A stretch of DNA of 64,000 nucleotides from Solirubrobacterales bacterium (GTDB lineage Bacteria; Actinomycetota; Thermoleophilia; Solirubrobacterales; 70-9), in NCBI GenBank assembly GCA_038206985.1, contig JBBRAH010000010.1, forward strand, positions 8,908 to 72,907. The letters run 5' to 3'. Positions 33,103-41,065 of the stretch are shown here, piece after piece (the first letter of the stretch is position 1; every line of letters starts with the position of its first letter). The position numbers and the translations under genes are program-made. A model generated the notes under the pieces. The model was not told where the DNA came from. It saw nothing but the letters and a program-made list of their open reading frames with translations, and made no database searches.

Positions 33103-34689
33103 ATGGGGATCAGGACCTTGATAAGGGGCTCGTTGCTCGCTGCCGTCGCCGCGGCCTGCCTGACGCTGTCGGTGACCGCCCAGGCCGCGGGCGAGGTCAG
33201 CTGCCAGGAGCCCGGCCAGCAGGGCTGGGATCACGCGACGCCGGCAGAGGCCGGAATGGATGCGGCCCAGATCCGCAAAGCGATCGAGTTCGGGCAGAGC
33301 CACGCTTCAGCGACCGTGCACGTCTACCGCAACGGCTGCCTGCTCGCTGCCGAAGCAGGCGGTCTCAACAGCACGACGCAATACGAGTCCTGGTCGCTGG
33401 CCAAGTCGATCACCGCGCTGGTCTTCGGCCGCGCCCTGCGGCTCGGCCAGATCGGGCCGGACGACCCGCTCGGCTCTCTGATCCCCGAGGCCGATCAGGC
33501 TCACGGACAGATCACGATGCGCGAGCTGCTGACCATGTCAAGTGGCCTGGAGTGGAACTTCTTCCGCGACTACAACATCTTTATGCCGGACCGCCTCAAG
33601 GAAGCATTGACCGTCGGCATCGCCAGGCCGCCCGGCAAGTACTGGGAGTACTCGCAGTCAGGGCCGGCGCTCGTGGCGGAGGCAGTGCAGCGCGCGGTCG
33701 GCGAGGACTTCCAGAAGTTCGCCCAGCGGGAGCTGTTCGGCAAGCTCGGGATCAGCAGCAGCGAGTGGCGCTGGAGCCGCGACGGCACCGGCCACACGCA
33801 GGGTTTCTTCGGGCTCAACATGTCGACCAACAACTTCGCCGTGCTCGGTGAGTTGATGCGGCGCGGAGGCAAGTGGCACGGAAAGCAGCTGCTCTCGAGG
33901 CGGTTCGTGCGCCAGGCGCTGACGCCGACCGATACGAGTGGCTGCTACGGCTACTTCATCTGGCTCAACGCCTCGAAGCCCTGCGTCGGGCCGCGGGTCG
34001 TTGATCGCCCGGTGACCGACGAGCGCATGTTCCCGGGACTACCTGCCGATACCTACCAGTACTCAGGTCTCTTCGGCCAGTGGGTCACGGTCTTCCCCAG
34101 CTACGGGATCATCGTCGCCCGCAACGGTGTCGACACCGGCAGCTTCACCGGGGACTCGGCCTGGCAGGAGGACCTCTACCGGATGGTGCTGAAGGCAGTG
34201 AAGGATCCCCCAGGCAAGTTGCCGAAGCCGAAGCCGAACGTCGATGCCGTCTCCGACACCGACTCCGATCGCGGCATCTTCGAGGCCCTGGCAGACCCGG
34301 AGACCTTCAGCGGCGGCGTGCTTCCGCCGCCCCTGCCCCCCGCCGGCCCCTCGCGTTCACGCGCGACCCTGATCACCTTCCCCTCGCGGACCGTGAACCG
34401 ACGCGGCTCGATCGGTTTGCGCCTGCGCTGCCCGGCCCGCTGGACGCAGCCGGAACTCCAGTCGCGCTGCATCGGCAAGGCCACGCTGAAGGGCGCCGCC
34501 CACAGCAGGCGCTACTCGATCAAGGCCGGCAAGTCGGAGCCGCTCCGCTTCCATCTCTCCGGCCGCAACCTGCGCAAGTTGGATCGGCGCGGCAAGCTGC
34601 GAACCCGGGCCCGGGCGCTGAGCCGCGATCAGAGCAAGGGCACCCGCGCCAGCCACGACGTGACGCTCAAGCCGCACCGCCGCCGCTAG
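33103..34689 (+). CDS. Secreted serine hydrolase, beta-lactamase/transpeptidase-like fold, with a C-terminal extra domain
   Basis: There is a signal peptide (AAVAAACLTLSVTAQAAG) and an SxxK motif in WSLAKSITALVFG. The basic C-terminal ~130 aa has no recognisable family. Confidence 0.8.
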   Translation: MGIRTLIRGSLLAAVAAACLTLSVTAQAAGEVSCQEPGQQGWDHATPAEAGMDAAQIRKAIEFGQSHASATVHVYRNGCLLAAEAGGLNSTTQYESWSLAKSITALVFGRALRLGQIGPDDPLGSLIPEADQAHGQITMRELLTMSSGLEWNFFRDYNIFMPDRLKEALTVGIARPPGKYWEYSQSGPALVAEAVQRAVGEDFQKFAQRELFGKLGISSSEWRWSRDGTGHTQGFFGLNMSTNNFAVLGELMRRGGKWHGKQLLSRRFVRQALTPTDTSGCYGYFIWLNASKPCVGPRVVDRPVTDERMFPGLPADTYQYSGLFGQWVTVFPSYGIIVARNGVDTGSFTGDSAWQEDLYRMVLKAVKDPPGKLPKPKPNVDAVSDTDSDRGIFEALADPETFSGGVLPPPLPPAGPSRSRATLITFPSRTVNRRGSIGLRLRCPARWTQPELQSRCIGKATLKGAAHSRRYSIKAGKSEPLRFHLSGRNLRKLDRRGKLRTRARALSRDQSKGTRASHDVTLKPHRRR

Positions 34690-34709
34690 GGCCCGCGGCC
34701 CCGCGCCGA

Positions 34710-35528
34710 CTAGGGCTTGGCGGGCGCCACGGGCTCGCCGAGCCCGTAGGTGTTGTACGCGCCCCAGCGACTGAACGTCTTGTGCGTCGGGCCGTGGAAG
34801 TCGGAACTCGCCGTCGGGATCAGGTCGAACTCCTCGCAGAGGTCGAGGCAGTGCTGTGTCTGCTCGGCGGTGTGCGGCGGATAGAAGGTCTCGATGCCGT
34901 CGAGGCCGACCTCGCTGACGAGATTCTCGACCAGGTCGCGCACCTGCTCGGGCTCGCTGACGTCCCAGTAGGGATGGGCGACCACTGCGACACCACCGGC
35001 CTCGTGGATGATCTCGACGGCCTCGTTGGCCATCGGCCACGTGCGGGAGACGAACGCCTTGGCGCCAGGCACCAGGTACTCCTCGAAGAACGGCCCCAGG
35101 TCCGGGCCCGCCCCGGCCGCCTTGGCGATGTGGGGTCGGCCGATCGCGTCGGCCGCGCCCGCCTTGGCGACGGCGTCCTCGAAGCTCACCTCCACCCCGT
35201 GCTCGTTGAGCTTGGCGATGATGCCCTTGGCCCGGTCCACGCGCTCCTGCTGGGCGCGATCGCAGGCGCTCTGGATCTTGTCCAGGTCGACCCAGTAGCC
35301 GCAGATGTGAAGGTCCTCGGAGTACTTGTGCACGCAAGACATCTCGATCGCCGGGATGCACTCGATCCCGAGCTCCTCCGCGGTGGCCATCGCCTCCGGG
35401 ACCCCGGCGACGCCGTCGTGGTCGGTTAGGGAGATGACCGTCATCCCCGCCTCGTGGGCAGCTCGGACGACGTCGGCCGGTTCGAGTTGGCCGTCGGACA
35501 CGGTTGAATGTGACTGAAGATCGATCAT
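34710..35528 (-). CDS. PHP-domain metal-dependent phosphoesterase (TrpH/YciV-like)
   Basis: ATG at 35528. It reads MIDLQSHSTVSDGQLEP...ISLTDHDGVAG...VVAHP...SDFHG. Confidence 0.85.
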   Translation of the reverse strand: MIDLQSHSTVSDGQLEPADVVRAAHEAGMTVISLTDHDGVAGVPEAMATAEELGIECIPAIEMSCVHKYSEDLHICGYWVDLDKIQSACDRAQQERVDRAKGIIAKLNEHGVEVSFEDAVAKAGAADAIGRPHIAKAAGAGPDLGPFFEEYLVPGAKAFVSRTWPMANEAVEIIHEAGGVAVVAHPYWDVSEPEQVRDLVENLVSEVGLDGIETFYPPHTAEQTQHCLDLCEEFDLIPTASSDFHGPTHKTFSRWGAYNTYGLGEPVAPAKP

Positions 35529-35601
35529 TGAGTCGGCATTGTTACCTACACGGGCCGGGCGACCCCGGGCTCCCCTTCCCAGGGCATGAGGATCCGAGCA
35601 G

Positions 35602-36111
35602 ATGCGCATCTCAGCTAAAGCCGACTACGCCGTGCGAGCGAGCCTCGAGCTCGCGGCCAGCGTCGACGGGGCGCCGGTCAAGGGCACGAAGCTGGCCGAG
35701 GCCCAGGAAATACCACTGCAGTTCCTCGAGCAGATCATGCTCGACCTCAAGCGCGCCGGCCTGGTGAAGACCAAGCGCGGGGCCAGCGGCGGATACTGGC
35801 TCGCGCAGGCTCCCGCCGAAATCACGGTCGCCGATGTGATTCGCGCCGTAGAGGGACCGCTGGCGAACATCCACGAGCTCTCGCCGGAGGAGACCTCCTA
35901 CGTGGGCGCAGCGCGGCGGCTCCGCGATGTGTGGATCGCTGTGCGCTCCAACCTCAGGGCGGTGCTCGAGGAGGTCACGCTCGCTCACCTGGTAGCCGGC
36001 GAGCTGCCCGAGGCGGTGGCGGCCATGACGGACGAGCCCGGGGCCTGGATCGTCAGGGACACCGGAACTCACGACATCATCAGCCGGTCTTCGGAGCACG
36101 GCAACTCCTAG
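35602..36111 (+). CDS. Rrf2-family transcriptional regulator, with no Cys ligands and therefore probably cluster-less
   Basis: It reads MRISAKADYAVRASLELA...LQFLEQIMLDLKRAGLVKTKRGASGGYWLA. The translated ORF contains no cysteine. Confidence 0.9.
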   Translation: MRISAKADYAVRASLELAASVDGAPVKGTKLAEAQEIPLQFLEQIMLDLKRAGLVKTKRGASGGYWLAQAPAEITVADVIRAVEGPLANIHELSPEETSYVGAARRLRDVWIAVRSNLRAVLEEVTLAHLVAGELPEAVAAMTDEPGAWIVRDTGTHDIISRSSEHGNS

Positions 36112-36252
36112 CGCGCTACAATTCCGCCGTCTATTACGACCAAACTGGTCAACAAAGGACCGGCGACCCCCGGGTGGGCGCCACCGGCTACCGGTTGACT
36201 GCCCAGAGAACCTCCTCTCAGACACCTCACCCACCAGGAGCACCTCCTTCGC

Positions 36253-37300
36253 ATGGATCCCGCGATCGTCATCTTCGGCTTCGGCATCGGCGTGCTGGTC
36301 GGCATGACCGGGATGGGCGGCGCCTCGCTGATGACGCCGCTGCTGATTCTCGTCTTCGGAGTCAGCCCGGTCACCGCGATCGGCACCGAAATCCTCTACG
36401 CGGCAGTGACCAAGACCGTCGGCGGCGTCCAGCATCTGCGCGCCAAGACGGTCCACCTGGGCCTCGCATTCTGGATGGCGGTGGGCAGTGTGCCGGCGGC
36501 AATCGGCGGGTGCTCGTGATCGAGGCGCTGCAACGCAGCGTCGGCGAGGACGAGCTGAAGAGCATCGTCTTCAGCATTCTCGGCGCAACGCTCCTCGTCG
36601 TCGCGATCTCGACCCTGCTGCGCACCGCCTTCCTGCCGGACGTGATCAAGGAGCGCTACGCGATGCACCTGTACCGGCGCCATATCGTCGCCGCAATCGC
36701 GACCGGCGTGATCACCGGCTTCGTGATCGGGCTCACCTCGGCGGGCTCGGGCACGCTGATCGGGATCATCCTGATCGCCGTCTTCCGGCTCACGCCGCAG
36801 CGGGTCGTCGGCACCGACATCTTCCACGCCGCGGTGCTCCTCTGGGCCGCCGGCATCACCCACTTCATCGGCGGCAACGTGGACCTCGGGCTGGTCGGCA
36901 ACATCCTGATTGGCTCGATCCCCGGCGTGCTGTCGGCGGCCGCCTGGCTCTGAAGAGTGGCAAGAACCTCCTGCGCGGCCTGCTCTCCGCGGTGCTCGTG
37001 GCCTCGGGCGCGATCCTCGTGACCAAGGGCGAGGCTGCGATCGTCGCCGTCACCGCGACGATCGTCTCGCTCGGCTTCGGAGGCCTGTTCACCTACATCC
37101 TCCGGCGCGAGGTCAAGCTGCCTCACGGCGAGGGCGTGCGCATGTTCAGCCTGGTCAAGATGCCCTGGCATCGCCACCCACCGCCTTACCGCGTCGTCAA
37201 CGGCAAGGTGATCGCAAACGACGACCTGGAAGCGGCTGTGGCGGCCGCGATGATCGCCGAGTCACCCTCCAGGCAGGAGTCCACCGAACTGCCACATTGA
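36253..37300 (+). pseudogene. TauE/SafE-family sulfite/anion exporter gene disrupted by two apparent single-base deletions
   Basis: Three consecutive frames carry consecutive parts of one TauE-like protein. The first is MDPAIVIFGFGIGVLVGMTGMGGASLMTPLL...GSVPAAIGG, with a stop at 36517-36519. The second is VLVIEALQRSVGEDELK...GLTSAGSGTLIGIIL...GSIPGVL, with a stop at 36951-36953. The third is GGRLALKSGKNLLRGLLSAVLVASGAILV... The frame changes are -1 near 36508-36512 and -1 near 36925-36930. Confidence 0.65.
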
Positions 37301-37964
37301 GCACCGACTGCGGCTAGGGTCGGAAGCATGCGCCCACGGGGTCTGCTTCACGGGTGACGCGCCGGCCGGGTATGTCGACTCGCGCACGCTGGCCTGGTTC
37401 GATCGCTATCTGAACGAGAAGCGCAAGACGAAGACCGGACCGCGCTTCGCCTGGGTGGCCGACGACGGCGTGCTGCGCAAGAGCAGGCGCTTCCCCGGCA
37501 AGAGCAGCGGCAAGCTGAGCGGCAGCGGCTCGGGCACCCTGCCACTCGTTCCGGGACCGACGGGTGGCGGCGCACTGATCTTCTCCACCCCGTCACCGAT
37601 CGCGGTCAACGTCGATACCCCGGGTCCGAGCAAGGCGGCGAACGCCCTCGGAGCGCCACGCGTGAAGCTCACCTACTCGGGCACGGCCGTGCCGGCCAGG
37701 ACATTCACCTACGCCCAGATCGTAAACCCCCGCGATAACCGCGTCCTGGGCAACATCACAACGCCGATCCCGCTCAACCTCGACGGTGCCGAGCACACGA
37801 TCAAGCGCAAGCTCGAGTGGGTGGCGGGCCACGCACCCGCCGGCGGCGGCTACACCCTGCAGCTCACCCCGACCTCCACGGTCTACGACATCCAGCGCTC
37901 CACCGGCGCCGTCGATTTCTCCGACATCCAGATCGGGATCCCGTTGCGCAAGATGGTGCGCTGA
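37254..37964 (+). pseudogene. 5'-truncated remnant of a CocE/NonD / X-Pro dipeptidyl-peptidase-family hydrolase (C-terminal beta-sandwich only)
   Basis: The open frame from 37254 encodes GYVDSRTLAWFDRYLNEKRKT...PRVKLTYSGTAVPARTFTYAQIVNPRDNRVLGNITTPIPLNLDG...GHAPAGGGYTLQLTPTSTVYD, which resembles the post-catalytic helix and PepX_C domain. No alpha/beta-hydrolase catalytic domain lies upstream. The only in-frame start is GTG at 37455, downstream of the homologous-looking part. Confidence 0.4.
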
Positions 37965-37996
37965 AGCGCACCGCGCTGCCGCGATAGTCTCAGCGC

Positions 37997-39283
37997 ATGG
38001 ACTTCTCACCCGGTCCGCGCCTGGAAGAACTGCGCGAAAGTGTCCGCTCGTTCATGGACGAGCACGTCTACCCGGTCGAGGCCGAGGCGATGGCCGCGCT
38101 CGACGATGAGGTCAAGGCCGGGGTCGCATACCCCGAGATCATCATCGGGATCCGCGAGAAGGCGCGCGAGCAGGGCCTGTGGAACCTGTTCATGGCGAAT
38201 GAGGAGCACGGCGCCGGCCTGACCAACTGGGAGTACGGGCTGCTCTGCGAGGAGATGGGCCGCAGCCCGGTCGTGGCGCCGATGGCCTTCAACTGCGCTG
38301 CGCCCGATACGGGCAACATGGAGATCCTGCACGACCACGGCACCCCCGAGCTGCAGGAGAAGTGGTTGGAGCCGATGCTGGGTGGACACAACCGCTCCTG
38401 CTTCTCGATGACCGAGCCGGAGGTCGCCGGCTCCGACCCGACCACGCTGCAAGCCCGTGCCGAGCTCGACGAGAGCGCCGGCGAATGGGTCATCAACGGG
38501 CACAAGTGGTTCACCTCGGGCGCCGTCGGAGCGGGCTTCGCGATCGCGATGGTCGTCACCGACCCCGACGCACATCAGTACGCGCGGGCGAGCATGATCG
38601 TCGTGCCAACCGACAATCCCGGCTTCAACCTGATCCGCCCCGTCTCGGTGATGGGTCACGACAAGGGCCCGGGCCACTGCGAGATCCGCTACACCGACTG
38701 CCGTGTGCCCGAGGGCAACCTGCTCGGTCCGCGTGGCGCCGGCTTCGTGATCGCCCAGGACCGCCTCGGCCCCGGCCGTATCCATCACTGCATGCGCGCG
38801 ATCGGCACCTGTGAGCGCGCGATCGAACTGATGTGCCGCCACGCGAACACGCGCGAGGCCTTCGGCGGCAAGCTCGCCGACAAGCAATTCATCCAGGACT
38901 TCGTCGCCAAGAGCCGCATGGAGACCGAGCAGGCCCGCCTGCTCACCTTGAAGGCGGCCTGGCTGATGGACACCGAGGGCAAGCGTGAGGCGCGCCGCGA
39001 GATCTCGATGATCAAGGTGGTCGCCGCGAACGTCGTGATGGACGTGCTCGACCGCGCGATCCAGGTGCACGGCTCGCTCGGCATGTCCGATGACACGCCG
39101 CTCGCCGCGATGTGGCGCTACAGCCGCATGCTCAAAGTCGCCGACGGTCCCGACGAGGTGCACAAGATGGTTATCGCGCGCCGCGAGCTCAACCACTGGG
39201 CCAAGGCGGCGGAGGGCGAGGGTTCAGCTGACGCCTCTGCCTCCGGCAACGGCGCGGCTGCACCCGCCGGCGCCAAGGCGTAG
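37997..39283 (+). CDS. Acyl-CoA dehydrogenase of the ACAD10/ACAD11-like subgroup
   Basis: It reads CFSMTEPEVAGSDPT, INGHKWFTSGA, AQDRLGPGRIHHCMRAIG, IKVVAANV, QVHGSLGMSDDTPLA and KVADGPDEVH. The GPGRIHHCMR and ADGPDEVH blocks match my memory of ACAD10/11 C-terminal domains. Confidence 0.9.
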   Translation: MDFSPGPRLEELRESVRSFMDEHVYPVEAEAMAALDDEVKAGVAYPEIIIGIREKAREQGLWNLFMANEEHGAGLTNWEYGLLCEEMGRSPVVAPMAFNCAAPDTGNMEILHDHGTPELQEKWLEPMLGGHNRSCFSMTEPEVAGSDPTTLQARAELDESAGEWVINGHKWFTSGAVGAGFAIAMVVTDPDAHQYARASMIVVPTDNPGFNLIRPVSVMGHDKGPGHCEIRYTDCRVPEGNLLGPRGAGFVIAQDRLGPGRIHHCMRAIGTCERAIELMCRHANTREAFGGKLADKQFIQDFVAKSRMETEQARLLTLKAAWLMDTEGKREARREISMIKVVAANVVMDVLDRAIQVHGSLGMSDDTPLAAMWRYSRMLKVADGPDEVHKMVIARRELNHWAKAAEGEGSADASASGNGAAAPAGAKA

Positions 39284-39318
39284 CGAGTAGCGGTGGGGCT
39301 CAGGCCGTCGGCGTCGCC

Positions 39319-40374
39319 TCAGCCGAGCCGGCGCTCGGCCTCGTCGGCGGCCTCGACGAGCCGCTCGACCGTGCGGGCGAAGGTCTTGGCACCCTCGTCC
39401 TCGGCAGCCTCTTTGCCGTACTGGCCGGCCATATAGCGGGCGAAGACTCCCTCGAGGATGATCGCCAGCTTCCAGTAGCCGAGGGCGACGTAGTAATCGA
39501 TCCCGCTGAGGTCGCGGCCCGACTTCTCGGCGTATCTGGCTTTAACCTCTTCGCGGCCGATGAAACCCGGGGCCATCGTCGCCGGCTCGAACAGCGGCAG
39601 CAACTCGTCACCGTCCTCGGCCCAGTAGACGAGCAGCAGGCCGACATCGGCGAGCGGGTCACCGAGCGTGCACAGCTCCCAGTCCACGACCGCGGCCACC
39701 TCGCCGCCGGGCTCGAGAATCATGTTGTCGAGGCGATAGTCGCCGTGCACGATGGTGGCCGGGCCCTGTGCCGGGATCCGCGCGATGAGCCGGTCGTGGA
39801 CCTCGTTGACGAGCGGGAACTCCCGCGTCTTCTGCTTCTCCCACTGGCCCAGCCAGCGGTGCAGGGTGCGGGCAACGAAATCGGTCTTCCTCCCCAGGTC
39901 CCCGAGACCGGCCTGATCCGGATCGACATCATGGATGGTGACCAGCGTGTCCACGACCCGCTCGCCGATCGCCTGGCGCTCATCCTCGGGGAAGGTGTCG
40001 GCGTCCTCACGGCTGCGCAGGACCGGGCCCGACAGGAACTCCATTACGTAGAAGGGAGCCTCGTTGACGCTCTCGTCCTCGCAGAAGCCGGCGAGAGGTG
40101 GCACGGGGACCGCGGTCGAGGCGAGGGCAGAGACAACCTTGTGCTCACGGCCCATGTCATGGGCGGAGCCCAGCCGCTTGCCGAGCGGCGGGCGACGCAG
40201 CGCCCAGCGACGGCCGCCCGCGTCGGTTACCGAGTAGGTCAGGTTGGAGCGCCCGCCGGCGATCATCTCGAAGGCGAGTGGCAACTGAACGCCCTCGACG
40301 TTGGCCTCGAACCAGCCTTCCACACCGGCCCGATCGATCCCGTCGGGCGCCGCCGTCTCTGCAGCCTCTGCCAT
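39319..40374 (-). CDS. APH-fold phosphotransferase (aminoglycoside phosphotransferase-like kinase)
   Basis: ATG at 40374. It reads GGRSNLTYSV, WALRRPPLG, FYVMEF, the catalytic loop IVHGDYRLDNMIL, and VVDWELCTLGDPLADV. Confidence 0.85.
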   Translation of the reverse strand: MAEAAETAAPDGIDRAGVEGWFEANVEGVQLPLAFEMIAGGRSNLTYSVTDAGGRRWALRRPPLGKRLGSAHDMGREHKVVSALASTAVPVPPLAGFCEDESVNEAPFYVMEFLSGPVLRSREDADTFPEDERQAIGERVVDTLVTIHDVDPDQAGLGDLGRKTDFVARTLHRWLGQWEKQKTREFPLVNEVHDRLIARIPAQGPATIVHGDYRLDNMILEPGGEVAAVVDWELCTLGDPLADVGLLLVYWAEDGDELLPLFEPATMAPGFIGREEVKARYAEKSGRDLSGIDYYVALGYWKLAIILEGVFARYMAGQYGKEAAEDEGAKTFARTVERLVEAADEAERRLG

Positions 40375-40405
40375 CCGGCCAAGCCTATTGGTCGCCGGCG
40401 GTGGT

Positions 40406-41041
40406 ATGAGTCCCTCCGTGGCTGAAACCAAACCAGGCGGCCTGCTCGTCGATTTCGGCGGCGTGCTCACCTCCAACATCTGGGTCTCCTTTCAGGCCTT
40501 CTGCGAGACCGAGGGCCTCGACCCCGGCTCGATCAAGGACACCTTCCGCGACGACGGTGAGGGCCTGCAGATGCTGCGCTCGCTGGAGAAGGGCGAGGTC
40601 AGCGATCCCGACTTCGAAGCCGGTTTCGGCGCGATGCTCGGTGTCGCGCCGGAGGATCTGATCAGCCGCCTGTTTGCCGGCCTCGGTCCCGACGAGCGGA
40701 TGATCACGGCGGTGAAAGCGGTGCGCGCGGCCGGCACCCCGACCGGGCTGATCTCCAACTCCTGGGGCACGGGGATCTACGACCGGGCGCCGATGGAGAT
40801 CTTCGACGCGACCGTGATCTCCGGCGATGTCGGCCTGCACAAGCCGCAGCCCGAGATCTACCAGCTGGGCGCCGAGCGGCTCGGGGTTCCAGCGGCGGAC
40901 TGCGTGTTCGTCGATGACCTGCGCGAGAACGTCGCCGGTGCGGAGGCGGTCGGCATGATGGCGCTGCTGCATCGCGACACCGCCGAGACGATCGCCGAGC
41001 TCGAGCGCCTGTTCGGGCTCCAAGAGGCCCGAGCGACCTGA
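40406..41041 (+). CDS. HAD-superfamily hydrolase (subfamily IA-like)
   Basis: ATG at 40406. Motif I is LLVDFGGVLT, motif II is LISNS, and motifs III/IV are GLHKPQPEIY...VFVDDLREN. Confidence 0.85.
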   Translation: MSPSVAETKPGGLLVDFGGVLTSNIWVSFQAFCETEGLDPGSIKDTFRDDGEGLQMLRSLEKGEVSDPDFEAGFGAMLGVAPEDLISRLFAGLGPDERMITAVKAVRAAGTPTGLISNSWGTGIYDRAPMEIFDATVISGDVGLHKPQPEIYQLGAERLGVPAADCVFVDDLRENVAGAEAVGMMALLHRDTAETIAELERLFGLQEARAT

Positions 41042-41059
41042 GCGACCTGGGCGACCTGA
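41033..41059 (+). repeat. 9-bp x3 tandem repeat (GCGACCTGA GCGACCTGG GCGACCTGA) spanning the HAD gene stop codon
   Basis: Read directly. In the HAD frame it reads A T stop, A T W, A T stop. Confidence 0.6.
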
Positions 41060-41065
41060 GCTGAG

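Noticed and set aside
36480-36960. Programmed ribosomal frameshifting in the TauE/SafE gene
   Set aside because: Two separate -1 events would be required, and neither site has a slippery X XXY YYZ heptamer or a downstream structure that I can see. A pseudogene or sequencing error is more parsimonious.
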